64,000 nt of DNA from sequence record OP557969.1; one strand, given 5' to 3'. Every line of letters begins with the position of its first letter. The stretch's first letter is position 1. The notes under the pieces were generated by a model. It ran no database searches and was not told the origin of the DNA. It saw only the letters and a program-made list of their open reading frames with translations. The translations under genes were made by a program, and so were the position numbers. This DNA is from Escherichia phage ph0011. Positions 29,388 through 39,612 of the stretch are shown here, piece after piece.

Positions 29388-29708
29388 ATGTCTTACTCTA
29401 TGTTTTTGGATGACATTCGTGATGCAAAACAATATTACCCTAATCAAGATATGGTAGTATGTCGTGATTTTAACAGTGCGTGTGAATATGTTGTTAAAAA
29501 TGGAATTCCAGCATTTGTATCATTTGACCATGACTTGGGTGATATGAGTGGAGACGAAAAAACTGGATATTCTTTTGCTAAATTTCTTATTGATTATATG
29601 TTTGATAATAATATTAAAGAACCGTTTGAGTACTTTGTGCACAGTAGTAACCCAGTTGGTAAAGTTAACATTGAAACATACTTAAACAATGGATTTAATG
29701 CATTATGA
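29388..29708 (+). CDS. hypothetical protein, possible receiver(REC)-like fold
   Basis: FLDDIRD ... FVSFDHDLGD ... VHSSNP acidic-pocket pattern; weak inference. Confidence 0.45.
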   Translation: MSYSMFLDDIRDAKQYYPNQDMVVCRDFNSACEYVVKNGIPAFVSFDHDLGDMSGDEKTGYSFAKFLIDYMFDNNIKEPFEYFVHSSNPVGKVNIETYLNNGFNAL

Positions 29709-30007
29709 TTCAAACACATATTAAAAGTATCATTTGCACTATACTACTAGGTGTAGGAGTTCTATGGTTCAGTAATTATCACGAGAACACTAAGCGTACA
29801 AATATTCACTATAATACCGCAGAAGTTGTAAGTTTAGGACAATGTAGTGAGTACAAATGTTCGTTTATGTACAAAACCAGTAATGGTGAAGTACGTAATG
29901 GACTATCTAGTGAACCAGTTTCGATTGGTCAAATTGTTTACCAGGAGTGCTGGGAAGAAAAGGTTCGAGGTTCACGATGTTATGTTGAATACGAACCAAA
30001 AATGTAA
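29705..30007 (+). CDS. membrane-anchored small protein
   Basis: N-terminal TM IICTILLGVGVLWF. Confidence 0.5.
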   Translation: MIQTHIKSIICTILLGVGVLWFSNYHENTKRTNIHYNTAEVVSLGQCSEYKCSFMYKTSNGEVRNGLSSEPVSIGQIVYQECWEEKVRGSRCYVEYEPKM

Positions 30008-30070
30008 TAATAACATGAGTCAATAATAATAGCCGAGTACAAGGATGTACTCACAATTCAAGGATGTTTT

Positions 30071-31510
30071 ATGAAAAAATATACAATTGACACAAACGTA
30101 CTACTATCTGATCCAAATGCATCTGTTGCTTTTGATGGTGCTGCAATCATTCTACCATTTACAGTACTGGAAGAATTGGATTCGATTAAGAGTCGCAATG
30201 TTGATGTTTCACGTGATGCTCGTGTTGCGATTCGTAACATTGAAGCAATTATTGCAGAGGCATCACATAATGAGATTAGTTGTACTGGTGTTAATATTGC
30301 TGATGTTCATACCAATATGAGTCCTGAAAGCAAATTGTTTGTTATTACAAACGAAGAAGCTGAAGCACTAATTCGTACTAAGGCAATTGAAGATAAAGTT
30401 CAAACACTTCTCAAAAGTTCTGTACCAGATGATAAAATTATCTTAGTCGCTTTAGCAACTGATTCAGTACTGGTTACCCGTGATATCAATATGCGTATCA
30501 AGGCTCTTAGTTATGGAGTTGAAGTACAGGATTATCGTCATGATGTGGTTATCGGTGATAGCGATCTAATGCACGTAGGTCAACATCATCTCGATATCGA
30601 TTTCTGGGCAGAATTCAGTGGGATTGAAAATGCTGAAATTAAATCTGAAAAAACAGGTCGCCGCCTGTATCATTATATCCCAACACATCTAATCAAAGAT
30701 CTTCTTCCACAAAATCTTTGTATTGGTGACTATCTATATGATAATGCTGATGTGCTCTTTGTTTACGAAGGTCAGTCTGCAATCGAAGAAGATGATGGTA
30801 GTCTAACACCAGAAGATATTTTGGTCTTCCAAGATATTGGTCAATCTGTTGCATTACGTGCTAATGTATGGGATATTAAAGCTAAGAATGTCAAACAAGC
30901 ACTAGCTATTAATAGTATTCTCGATCCCGATGTACATCTAACAGTTCTACTAGGTTCTGCTGGGACAGGAAAAACACTAATTACGATTGCTACTGCACTA
31001 GAGTTAGTTCTGGAAAAACGTAAATACGACCGTATTATCTTCTCTAAAACACAAGATTCACAGTTTGAAGATATCGGATTCTTGCCTGGTTCAGAGGCCG
31101 AGAAAGTGATTCCATTTTGTGGTCCAGCGATTGACGCACTAGAGTACCTACATAAAGATGATGCAAATCCACAAGGTAGCATTGAGGAAATCATGAAACG
31201 TAATGTTATCCAGTTCAAAGCATTGAACTTTATTCGTGGTCGTTCTTTTGCCAATACAATTCTAATTGTGGATGAAGCACAGAACTTAACACCAGCCCAG
31301 CTAAAAACTGTCTTGACAAGAGCCGGAGAAAACTGTAAAGTAATCATACTTGGTAACCTAGCACAGATCGATAACAAGTTTATCAGTCCAGTAAACAGCG
31401 GTCTAACTTATGTAACTGAGAAATTTAAAAATTGGTCTGGTTGTCGTATCATTGAATTGGAAGGTGTTGTTCGTTCACCACTTGCTGAATTTGCTGAAGA
31501 AAATATGTAA
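30071..31510 (+). CDS. phoH: PIN domain-PhoH-like ATPase
   Basis: N-terminal PIN-like (IDTNVLLSDP, LEELD); Walker A VLLGSAGTGKT, Walker B ILIVDEAQN. Confidence 0.8.
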   Translation: MKKYTIDTNVLLSDPNASVAFDGAAIILPFTVLEELDSIKSRNVDVSRDARVAIRNIEAIIAEASHNEISCTGVNIADVHTNMSPESKLFVITNEEAEALIRTKAIEDKVQTLLKSSVPDDKIILVALATDSVLVTRDINMRIKALSYGVEVQDYRHDVVIGDSDLMHVGQHHLDIDFWAEFSGIENAEIKSEKTGRRLYHYIPTHLIKDLLPQNLCIGDYLYDNADVLFVYEGQSAIEEDDGSLTPEDILVFQDIGQSVALRANVWDIKAKNVKQALAINSILDPDVHLTVLLGSAGTGKTLITIATALELVLEKRKYDRIIFSKTQDSQFEDIGFLPGSEAEKVIPFCGPAIDALEYLHKDDANPQGSIEEIMKRNVIQFKALNFIRGRSFANTILIVDEAQNLTPAQLKTVLTRAGENCKVIILGNLAQIDNKFISPVNSGLTYVTEKFKNWSGCRIIELEGVVRSPLAEFAEENM

Positions 31511-31514
31511 TATT

Positions 31515-31537
31515 GTATGGGACAATATGTCCCATAC
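31515..31537 (+). terminator. hairpin (terminator or operator) overlapping promoter
   Basis: gtatgggac/gtcccatac perfect 9-bp stem; no T-tract. Confidence 0.35.
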
Positions 31538-31538
31538 A

Positions 31539-31547
31539 TGATATAAT
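31539..31547 (+). promoter_or_regulatory. extended -10 promoter element TGATATAAT
   Basis: exact 9-mer 33 nt upstream of ATG 31580. Confidence 0.45.
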
Positions 31548-31579
31548 GCTGTTATCATAATACAGAAGGAGATAGTAAA

Positions 31580-31768
31580 ATGGCTAAACAACCTAAGAAA
31601 AAAGAACCAGTAGCTAAAGTTAAAAAAGCAAAAGTTATTACATCCACAGAACAACGTATGTACGAACAACGTAAGAGTGAAACACTTTCTGGTCTACAAG
31701 CTCTTCGCAAACAAGGAGTCCTAACTCGTGCACAATATCGTAAGTTGGTAACACAAAAAGGTTATTGA
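31580..31768 (+). CDS. small basic protein
   Basis: Lys-rich 62 aa; strong SD aaggag. Confidence 0.55.
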   Translation: MAKQPKKKEPVAKVKKAKVITSTEQRMYEQRKSETLSGLQALRKQGVLTRAQYRKLVTQKGY

Positions 31769-31869
31769 TACATTTGAAGTAATATTATGGGGTTCTTAAT
31801 AAATAACCTTATAAGAATAATAATACTTTTTATTAAATTAAAAAGAACTCCATGTGTTATTTCAGTTTT

Positions 31870-31898
31870 TATCCCTGTCGGTTGGCAGGGATTTTTTC
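31870..31898 (+). terminator. rho-independent terminator
   Basis: stem atccctg/cagggat followed by TTTTTT. Confidence 0.6.
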
Positions 31899-31994
31899 TA
31901 TCTATGTATTGACAAAAGGATTAATTTATGAGAACATGTATAAAAGGCCGTATGACATTCCATTAGGTTAGTTTTTAACTTAAAGGAGATATAT

Positions 31995-32552
31995 ATGTTT
32001 TTTGACCAAACATTTACGTTGTACCATGATTCTGGTAAAGTTGAGATTATTGAAAATCTATTACAGTACATTGCAGATCATGATGGTGTTGAACGTTTCC
32101 ATAGTAAGATGAAATTCGATTTAGCTGAATTCAACAAAAAGAATCGTGAAACTTTTTGGAAGAACCGATTCTATTATGAAATGTTTCCAGAAAGGTTTGT
32201 TGGTTATTATCTTTGTACTGAGAAAGGTTTATTAGTATCTCCAGATTTACTTATGGGTGAATACATGGTTCTCTATAATGAGTACTGGAAAAATAAACGT
32301 AACGCTCGTGACATTGAGTGGAGACATAAGCGTTCGTACATGTACAAACACAACCACTCCCGATACAAACGTCCTAAGACTCAACAAGAGCGTCGTATGG
32401 CGTGTGCAGTACTGAAGGACGAGGGGGAACCTGAAATACGTGGAAGACGTAAGATGCGTTCATTACCATCGTATTGGAACGATATCAGAACAAGACATAG
32501 TACCGGATGGAAATACAGTACTAAGCGTAAAAAACAATACAAAGGGGGCTAA
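31995..32552 (+). CDS. hypothetical protein with basic C-terminus
   Basis: ORF track; SD aaggag. Confidence 0.55.
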   Translation: MFFDQTFTLYHDSGKVEIIENLLQYIADHDGVERFHSKMKFDLAEFNKKNRETFWKNRFYYEMFPERFVGYYLCTEKGLLVSPDLLMGEYMVLYNEYWKNKRNARDIEWRHKRSYMYKHNHSRYKRPKTQQERRMACAVLKDEGEPEIRGRRKMRSLPSYWNDIRTRHSTGWKYSTKRKKQYKGG

Positions 32553-32579
32553 TGCTCCCTATTTTATAGGTTAAACGTT

Positions 32580-32909
32580 ATGAGCAAAATTAATGTTGAT
32601 GTAGATATTGGTTATATTGAAATTGAACCGTGTAGTATTGATACAATGATTGACACTCTTAGTAAGTACCGTGCAGAGTACAGGGGGCATATTAGTATTT
32701 CACCAGACGGTGGTTACGGTGGATTCCATGGATACAATGTGATTTGGTCCAGAGAAGAAACAGACGAAGAATATAATACACGAATTGAAGCTGAATCTAA
32801 AAGACGTGAAGAAATTGAACGTCAAGAAATGAAACACTTAATGAACAAGAAATCATTAAGTACCGAAGAGAAATCTAAACTGCTAAAATACATCAAGGAT
32901 TACATGTAA
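32580..32909 (+). CDS. hypothetical protein
   Basis: ORF track. Confidence 0.5.
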   Translation: MSKINVDVDIGYIEIEPCSIDTMIDTLSKYRAEYRGHISISPDGGYGGFHGYNVIWSREETDEEYNTRIEAESKRREEIERQEMKHLMNKKSLSTEEKSKLLKYIKDYM

Positions 32910-33559
32910 TGAAAAATGTAACACAAGAAAAGATTTTATACCTTGCAAAATATAATGGTGGTTTCAATATCATTAGCCGTGAGTACCATGGTAATTTGGC
33001 TAAGTTGATTGACAGTTTGTTAGAATTTGATTTCATTAAATGGGAAACTAATGAACTTTGGTACGAATATGCTGGACAGCAATGGGAAAGTGACTACGAA
33101 CATGCAATTCATACGTATACAATTACTAAAAGTGGTGAAGTATGTTTAGCTATCATGCGTTGTGCATATACTTACAAACATCACAAAGGTGAAGAAAAGC
33201 ATATTCGCAGAAACGAAGAATTACTTCACCTAATGGGTGAAGCTGGTATTACAATGCATGACTTGTTCAATGAACCAAGATGGACTAGAACTCTTACTAA
33301 AGCTGAATATAAATCATTACGATACATTGATGAACAAAGCAACACCCCAGATGAAATTGATGATGTTAGTGATGATGAACTAAGCCTAAAAAATGTATTT
33401 GAAAGTACCAGCACTGAAAGTATTACTGATATTTCAGTACAGATGGCACTAAAAGCAATGGAACTTTTCAAGACACAATATGAAGGACACAGTGCTGAAG
33501 AAGTAGAGCGTGAGTTCATTACACGTGTACAGATTGCATTGTTCCAATCGAAAAAGTAG
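32909..33559 (+). CDS. hypothetical protein
   Basis: ORF track. Confidence 0.5.
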   Translation: MKNVTQEKILYLAKYNGGFNIISREYHGNLAKLIDSLLEFDFIKWETNELWYEYAGQQWESDYEHAIHTYTITKSGEVCLAIMRCAYTYKHHKGEEKHIRRNEELLHLMGEAGITMHDLFNEPRWTRTLTKAEYKSLRYIDEQSNTPDEIDDVSDDELSLKNVFESTSTESITDISVQMALKAMELFKTQYEGHSAEEVEREFITRVQIALFQSKK

Positions 33560-33565
33560 GATGAT

Positions 33566-33652
33566 ATGAAATTTTTACTTGTACTAATCGCAGTTCTTAT
33601 GGTATTATCTTGTTTAGTTAGTAATGGTAAACCATCAATTGAGAACTTATGA
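33566..33652 (+). CDS. possible 28-aa lipoprotein-like peptide
   Basis: MKFLLVLIAVLMVLSC resembles signal peptide of next gene; not in ORF track; weak SD. Confidence 0.25.
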   Translation: MKFLLVLIAVLMVLSCLVSNGKPSIENL

Positions 33653-33667
33653 ATAGGTGATTAAATT

Positions 33668-33901
33668 ATGAAATTTATTTCTATAGCAATTATTTCAGCA
33701 CTCATGATGTTAGTAACAGGATGTGCACCTAAAGTTGATGAGATGGATGCTGAAATCATCCGTCAAGGTTTAACAAAACTAAATCACCAAGGAACACTAT
33801 ACGCATGTCATACTATGCGTCATGGGCAAGATCTTAATCTCATGTGCAGGAAGATTGTGAACCGCAAACGTCTTAATACTGTTCCGAAGGATGCACAATG
33901 A
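33668..33901 (+). CDS. putative lipoprotein
   Basis: signal peptide with lipobox LVTGC. Confidence 0.55.
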   Translation: MKFISIAIISALMMLVTGCAPKVDEMDAEIIRQGLTKLNHQGTLYACHTMRHGQDLNLMCRKIVNRKRLNTVPKDAQ

Positions 33902-34068
33902 AAGAAATAATTGGCTACAAATGTAAAAATTGTGGCAAAGATCAGGGTAAGCATTCAGTACAAGGAATGGCTTGTCCAAATCCAGGGCGTGGTAATTTCA
34001 GAGGATTCAGTACTGAAAAGTCTTATGAACCTGATTATTCAAAACCAGTGATGGGCTATAAGTTATGA
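33898..34068 (+). CDS. small Cys-rich protein (56 aa)
   Basis: CKNC ... C ... coupled ATGA overlaps at both ends; below ORF-track size cutoff. Confidence 0.45.
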   Translation: MKEIIGYKCKNCGKDQGKHSVQGMACPNPGRGNFRGFSTEKSYEPDYSKPVMGYKL

Positions 34069-34427
34069 GTGATTATGTAGCATTTCTTCATCGATATGGT
34101 GAAGCTAAAGAAAAACATATTATTCGTATGCCAGTATATGGTGAAAAAGACTGGTACAAAAGCACTATCAGTGTAGGTGCATTTCGTAACCGTGAATCTG
34201 AATTCTTTCTTGGTAAGCAACATGAACGACCTGTTCTTTGTTCACTGTGGCGTTTAGATGAATGGGATAGTGAAAATTCCAGAACGGCTGAATCAATGAT
34301 GGTAGTTGTTGGTATTGCGAACTATCAGCACCCATATGACATGTTGCCTACATTTGAACATGCTTCTTTGTTTGACTTTTACAAAGCAGTAGGGTATGAT
34401 TATAAAAAGAAGCGTTACATTAAATAA
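34065..34427 (+). CDS. hypothetical protein
   Basis: ORF track. Confidence 0.5.
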   Translation: MSDYVAFLHRYGEAKEKHIIRMPVYGEKDWYKSTISVGAFRNRESEFFLGKQHERPVLCSLWRLDEWDSENSRTAESMMVVVGIANYQHPYDMLPTFEHASLFDFYKAVGYDYKKKRYIK

Positions 34428-34441
34428 CAGCACCTTTTAAA

Positions 34442-35068
34442 TTGGAGAAAATCATGACTACATCTGAAAAGTACTGGTGGATTATGGGCCATCCTAAATT
34501 CATCAACGGAGATATGGTTCCCCCAAGGATTGATATCGAACCACATGATGTGTGTCCAATCACAAACCGCATTGAATCATTTAAAGCTCTGAATACAAAG
34601 ACACAATTTTGGGTAGAATTCATCTCACCTATGTACGTTGAGCAAGATGATGAATGGGTACAAGCACATGATTATGAGTTAGATTGCGGTGGTGATACTT
34701 ATGATGAGGCAATTGATGCACTATACAAAAATGTACTAAACACTTATGGTGATTACACCCAACAAGAAGCAGACGATACGTTTAATAAGATCCATGCAGC
34801 CATTTCTACATCATCAATTTACAATTCTGCAAAAACAGTTTGGGAAGAACGTCACGGGTGGAGTTCATCTGTAATTGATGCAGAAGCCAAAGAAACAATT
34901 CTCGAAGACATAAAAAATATAAAAAGTACAATAGAAGCCTTGCGTGAATTTATAAAGTCTTGTACAATAGAACAACAGAAAGAGGCAAAGATGCATTTGG
35001 AGAGTGAAGAATGTAAACTTTGGGTTCTAGAGAAATCTATTGAAAAGGGTATAGACTTAGACTTATGA
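34442..35068 (+). CDS. hypothetical protein
   Basis: ORF track. Confidence 0.5.
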   Translation: MEKIMTTSEKYWWIMGHPKFINGDMVPPRIDIEPHDVCPITNRIESFKALNTKTQFWVEFISPMYVEQDDEWVQAHDYELDCGGDTYDEAIDALYKNVLNTYGDYTQQEADDTFNKIHAAISTSSIYNSAKTVWEERHGWSSSVIDAEAKETILEDIKNIKSTIEALREFIKSCTIEQQKEAKMHLESEECKLWVLEKSIEKGIDLDL

Positions 35069-35433
35069 ATCGTAAACTTGAGAAACTAATTGAAGAACTA
35101 CGCCGGATGCCACCCATCGAGCAAGTGGGGAGTTACAAACGTTATCGTGTGATTGCTCGTGCACTAGATAAGAAAGGTCGTGTATTGGCAACACGTACTA
35201 ATTCTTACACACATACTCACCCAGTACAGAAAGGTTTTGCAATCCGTGCTGGAAGACCACAAGGTGAGTTTCTTCATGCTGAAATTTCATGTTTATTAGC
35301 TTCACGTGCTGAAGTTCATACTTTGTTGATTGCACGGATAAGTAAAGATGGTATTCCAGTTCCAGCCAAGCCTTGTGAGATTTGTACGTTGGCAATTATG
35401 GAATATGGGGTCAAAGAAATTATTCACACATGA
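35065..35433 (+). CDS. cytidine/deoxycytidylate deaminase-like zinc enzyme
   Basis: HAEISCL and PCEIC zinc-ligand motifs with typical spacing. Confidence 0.6.
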   Translation: MNRKLEKLIEELRRMPPIEQVGSYKRYRVIARALDKKGRVLATRTNSYTHTHPVQKGFAIRAGRPQGEFLHAEISCLLASRAEVHTLLIARISKDGIPVPAKPCEICTLAIMEYGVKEIIHT

Positions 35434-35654
35434 AAAAAATTGAACGCTACAAAAACCATACAGTTGTGACTGAAGATGATATATTTTATTATTATATTTT
35501 CAGACCCACACACTGTTTACAAATAACGACATTTGAGAATGATAATTTCAAAGATGTCAACTTCCATATAACAGATTTAGCTAAATATTCCAGAACTGAA
35601 CACTTTAGTAATCTAGTATTTGTGTACTGTATTCCAAACTCAAATAATAAGTAG
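35430..35654 (+). CDS. hypothetical small protein
   Basis: ATG 35430 overlaps upstream stop. Confidence 0.45.
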   Translation: MKKIERYKNHTVVTEDDIFYYYIFRPTHCLQITTFENDNFKDVNFHITDLAKYSRTEHFSNLVFVYCIPNSNNK

Positions 35655-35663
35655 GAGATCAAA

Positions 35664-36023
35664 ATGGCTAAAACAATTTCTTTAAAAAATGAAAAGGTAG
35701 GACAACGAAAAGATGGTTTCTATGGTTTTTCTTGGACTACATTATTTTTTGGACCTTTCCCTGCATTGTTTCGTGGTGACTTTATTACGTTCATCGGTGC
35801 ATTTGTAATTTACTTCATCCTCAACGCAGTGTCTTTTTGGATTGTGGGTACAATTGCAATGGTCGTGTGGGCGTTTATTTACAATAAGTACTACACGGTG
35901 AATCTCATCAAGAATGGGTATAAATTCAATGGTACACATGAAGAAAATGCTGAAGCTGCAATGGCTTTGCAAATTGATTTGAATAAAAACAACACAGTTG
36001 ATAAAAATAAAGATCCTGAGTAA
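35664..36023 (+). CDS. membrane protein
   Basis: two TM helices. Confidence 0.5.
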   Translation: MAKTISLKNEKVGQRKDGFYGFSWTTLFFGPFPALFRGDFITFIGAFVIYFILNAVSFWIVGTIAMVVWAFIYNKYYTVNLIKNGYKFNGTHEENAEAAMALQIDLNKNNTVDKNKDPE

Positions 36024-36242
36024 ATGGAAAAATATGATATAATTTACGATTATTACGGTAAGGCTTATATGAAGTGTGGACGTTATGTTGAACTCTCTAA
36101 TAGAGAATCAATAGATCCCCACACTCTTATAACAATTCATAACTCGTACTATAAAAAAGTTACAATAGCTAATTTCGCTACCTACGTAAATAATCCGTTA
36201 TTTCCTTACATTATTCAGTACTACTGTCGAGTTATAAAATAA
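36024..36242 (+). CDS. hypothetical small protein
   Basis: ORF track. Confidence 0.45.
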   Translation: MEKYDIIYDYYGKAYMKCGRYVELSNRESIDPHTLITIHNSYYKKVTIANFATYVNNPLFPYIIQYYCRVIK

Positions 36243-36253
36243 GGTAAAAAGAC

Positions 36254-36664
36254 ATGTTAGCCGATGATTTTATGTCTCTAAGTACCAAAATATTTGATAT
36301 ATTAGGGGATGAAATAGATTTTCATCTAAATGATACAACTATACCATTCGAAGATGGTGGTTATTTTTTCGCAATTGGTTATAAGTACAATGTTGATTTT
36401 TCAATTCCGGTTCCTGATGGAAGTGATTATGCAGAATCAACATATTTTGAATTTCAGTTCAGTGGGCATACTGAGCGTTTACTAACATATAGACGTAAAG
36501 GAAATTTCAGTAGGCCAGAGATCATATTAATGGATTTTGAAAAACGCATAGAACTTGCAAAGAATAATCCATTTATTAGTACTTACGCGTTAAACCAACT
36601 TATTGAACTATTTGATGGCTATCCAGACAGAATACGAGGGTCGTTACGTATAAATGCAGAATGA
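36254..36664 (+). CDS. hypothetical protein
   Basis: ORF track. Confidence 0.5.
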   Translation: MLADDFMSLSTKIFDILGDEIDFHLNDTTIPFEDGGYFFAIGYKYNVDFSIPVPDGSDYAESTYFEFQFSGHTERLLTYRRKGNFSRPEIILMDFEKRIELAKNNPFISTYALNQLIELFDGYPDRIRGSLRINAE

Positions 36665-36839
36665 AATCTTTAAAAAAGAATACGATGGTGAAAGCCTTTA
36701 TGATATTCAGAGAGATGTTCATGAAGCCTTTGATTCAAAATTTAACCCATTAGCTGAACAAATCCCACAAGATGAATTTGGTTTTCAGGAAGGCACTTTC
36801 ACAGTGACTATTACATGGAGTCCAGATGAGACTAGCTAA
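36654..36839 (+). CDS. hypothetical small protein
   Basis: ORF track. Confidence 0.4.
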   Translation: MQNEIFKKEYDGESLYDIQRDVHEAFDSKFNPLAEQIPQDEFGFQEGTFTVTITWSPDETS

Positions 36840-36942
36840 ACTTGTCATAGGGTGTAGTGCAATTGCTGCATATATGATTTTTTCACCTCCAACCAATGTA
36901 TTACTGCTAATTTGGGCGGTTGTTATATTAGCAGTACTTTAA
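36826..36942 (+). CDS. possible 38-aa hydrophobic peptide
   Basis: MRLAKLVIGCSAIAAYMIFSPPTNVLLLIWAVVILAVL; GGAG 5 nt upstream; terminator follows; not in ORF track. Confidence 0.35.
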   Translation: MRLAKLVIGCSAIAAYMIFSPPTNVLLLIWAVVILAVL

Positions 36943-36943
36943 A

Positions 36944-36973
36944 GCACCCCATAGTGGGTGTTTTTCTTTTTTT
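36944..36973 (+). terminator. rho-independent terminator
   Basis: stem caccc/gggtg followed by 13-nt T-rich run. Confidence 0.6.
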
Positions 36974-37106
36974 GTACAAATAAAAAGCAATGTCTCAATT
37001 CCTTGATATAGGTCAAGAGAAATAACCAGCTATTACGCTATAATGCTTTCTGTTGTTGTTAAATAACTTCACCCCCAGATGATTTCAAAAATACAAGGAG
37101 TGTACT

Positions 37107-38912
37107 GTGCAATTGAATAAATTATACACGGACGTAACGAATTTTCTAAACCAGAGTAATACTGATCTTACAAATGAAAACGCAAATAAAGATGCCAAAT
37201 GTGTAAATACACACAGAGATTTACTTGCTGGTATCTTATCTAAACATTATTCACAAGATGTTATTCCAAAGGATCTAATGCAGTGGCACAATGATGGATA
37301 TGGTCACATTCATGATTTGGACTACTATATTAGTCCATTAACAAACTGTTGTTTGGTTAATTATCCAGATATGCTTAAACATGGGTTTACTATCGGGTGT
37401 GCTAAAATCGAAGAACCAAAGAGTTTTAGTGTAGCATGTACGGTGCTAACACAGATTGTACAAGCTGTTGCAAGTTCCCAATATGGTGGTCAATCGTTGG
37501 CTCACATTGATGTCGGATTGGAACCTTATGTACAAAAGTCTTGGGAAAAGTTATTAGAAAAACAAAAGAAATATAATCTAAGCGATGATTTTATTGAAGA
37601 AGAATTACGAAAAGAAGTATATGATGGGTGTCAAACATTACTATATCAGACCAATTCAATGATTAGCACTAATGGACAAGCTGCATTCATTTCTCTTAGT
37701 TTAGGACTTAATACTTCCAAATTTGGAAAATTAATCACTGAACAGTACTTGAAAGTTCACGAGAATGGTTTAGGTAAAGATAAGATTACACCAGTGTTTC
37801 CTAAAGTTATTTTCTTTCTACAAGATGGTATTAACATGAATGTCAATGATAGTAATTATGATCTTAAACAGTTAGCTATGCGTTGTGCATCAAAAAGAAT
37901 CTATCCAGATTTTGTTTCAGTACCATTAAATCATAAAGTGACGGGAAGTAGTAGCACTGCGGTAACACCGATGGGCTGTCGTTCATTCTTAGGAAAATGG
38001 GAAGATTCAAATGGAAATGAACAATACAACGGTCGCTTCAATTTAGGTGTAGTTTCTATCAATTTACCACTAATTGCTCTTGAAAGTGCCTCAGATGGAG
38101 AGTTTTTTGATAAAATAGACGAGCATATGAATATTGCATATCGTGCTCAGATGAACCGCGTAGAGCGTTTAAAAGGTACAAAAGCGAAACAGAATCCAAT
38201 TTTGTTTATGGAAGGTGCATTAACACGTTTAAGTGCAGAAGAAACTATTGACAAGCTATTTTACAATGGTTATGCTAGTATTAGTATTGGTTATGTTGGA
38301 CTTGTTGAATGTTCGGAAATCCTCACTGGTTCTATCAGTAAGGAGTTTTGTATGTCAGTACTGAATTATATGAAAGTAAAATGCGATGAGTTCAAAAAAG
38401 AAAGTAATATTGCTTTTAGTCTATATGGAACTCCAGCAGAGTCGCTTTGTTATAAATTTGCACGTTGCATTGAAGCAAAATATCCTTCAGTTCTCAAACG
38501 AGATTTCATTACAAATTCATTCCATCAACCAGTATGGGTTGAAAGTTCCGCTTTTGAAAAGTGGGATTATGAGGAAAACTTTGCGTATCTAAGCAATGGT
38601 GGGAATATTAGCTATGTTGAAACACCAAACCTGGCTAATAATATACAAGCACTTGAAACATTGATCAATTATGCATATGATAAAATTCCATATTTTGGAA
38701 TTAATCAGAAAGTAGATAAGTGTTTTGAATGTAATTTTGAGGGAGAATTTAGTGTAGATAAAAATGGTTTTCATTGCCCTGTATGTAATAACAGAAATGA
38801 GCGAACAATGTCTGTTATACGTAGGGTATCTGGATATCTTAGTGCACCAAATAGTCGCCCGTTTAATAAAGGTAAACAAGCTGAAGTAATTCAGCGTATA
38901 CAGCATATGTAA
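37107..38912 (+). CDS. nrdD: anaerobic ribonucleoside-triphosphate reductase, class III
   Basis: collinear with T4 NrdD ([23 protein letters not shown] zinc site, C-terminal glycyl-radical RRVSGYL); GTG start after AAGGAG; uninterrupted ORF. Confidence 0.9.
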   Translation: MQLNKLYTDVTNFLNQSNTDLTNENANKDAKCVNTHRDLLAGILSKHYSQDVIPKDLMQWHNDGYGHIHDLDYYISPLTNCCLVNYPDMLKHGFTIGCAKIEEPKSFSVACTVLTQIVQAVASSQYGGQSLAHIDVGLEPYVQKSWEKLLEKQKKYNLSDDFIEEELRKEVYDGCQTLLYQTNSMISTNGQAAFISLSLGLNTSKFGKLITEQYLKVHENGLGKDKITPVFPKVIFFLQDGINMNVNDSNYDLKQLAMRCASKRIYPDFVSVPLNHKVTGSSSTAVTPMGCRSFLGKWEDSNGNEQYNGRFNLGVVSINLPLIALESASDGEFFDKIDEHMNIAYRAQMNRVERLKGTKAKQNPILFMEGALTRLSAEETIDKLFYNGYASISIGYVGLVECSEILTGSISKEFCMSVLNYMKVKCDEFKKESNIAFSLYGTPAESLCYKFARCIEAKYPSVLKRDFITNSFHQPVWVESSAFEKWDYEENFAYLSNGGNISYVETPNLANNIQALETLINYAYDKIPYFGINQKVDKCFECNFEGEFSVDKNGFHCPVCNNRNERTMSVIRRVSGYLSAPNSRPFNKGKQAEVIQRIQHM

Positions 38913-38923
38913 GGAGATATATT

Positions 38924-39286
38924 ATGTCAATTCAAGGTAAACAAGTAATGTCAGGTGAGCACATCGGAACCATCATGCTGGTGGATAATGATATTGCACG
39001 TATTATTGTATCTAAAACATTTTCAGAAAATGATGAAGTACTTTTGAGTACTTTTGACGGCGAAGAACTTCGTGACGTTCAGGTTAAACATGAACCTGGT
39101 ATTGAAGGTGGTCAGCATTTGAATGTAAATGTTCTATCTAAAGAACAACTCATTGATGCACAAAATAACCCTGAAAAGTATCCACAGCTTACTATTCGTG
39201 TTAGTGGTTATGCAGTACGTTTCAATTCACTAACAAAAGAACAACAAGATGATGTAATTTCTCGTACATTCACAAAAGAACTATGA
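38924..39286 (+). CDS. autonomous glycyl-radical cofactor (GrcA/YfiD-like; T4 Y06I-like)
   Basis: [10 protein letters not shown]...[34 protein letters not shown] nearly matches the GrcA / pyruvate formate-lyase C-terminal glycyl-radical domain. Confidence 0.85.
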   Translation: MSIQGKQVMSGEHIGTIMLVDNDIARIIVSKTFSENDEVLLSTFDGEELRDVQVKHEPGIEGGQHLNVNVLSKEQLIDAQNNPEKYPQLTIRVSGYAVRFNSLTKEQQDDVISRTFTKEL

Positions 39287-39612
39287 TGGATTTAAAACCA
39301 ATTGTAGTGAACAAATACAAAGAACCGTATGATGTGTACATTGGTCGTGGGTCTAAATGGGGTAACCCATTTACCCATATCAATGATAAACAGACAAAAG
39401 CCGAATTCATTGTTGCTACAAGGGAAGAATCAATTGAAAAATTCCGAGAATACATTATTGACCGTATTTCTAATGGCGAAATTAAAATTGATGATTTACT
39501 TGAATTAGCAGGTAAACGTCTTGGATGTTTCTGCAAACCAAAATCATGTCACGGCGATGTTCTTGTTGAAATAGTGAGTGCAATATTAGATGAATTACCA
39601 GACGATAATTAA
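39283..39612 (+). CDS. hypothetical protein with C-terminal [11 protein letters not shown] motif
   Basis: ORF track; Cys/His cluster. Confidence 0.5.
   Translation: MMDLKPIVVNKYKEPYDVYIGRGSKWGNPFTHINDKQTKAEFIVATREESIEKFREYIIDRISNGEIKIDDLLELAGKRLGCFCKPKSCHGDVLVEIVSAILDELPDDN

Noticed and set aside
37107-38912. Group I intron in nrdD, as in T4
   Set aside because: The nrdD reading frame is continuous over 601 codons with T4-collinear motifs throughout; no interruption seen.
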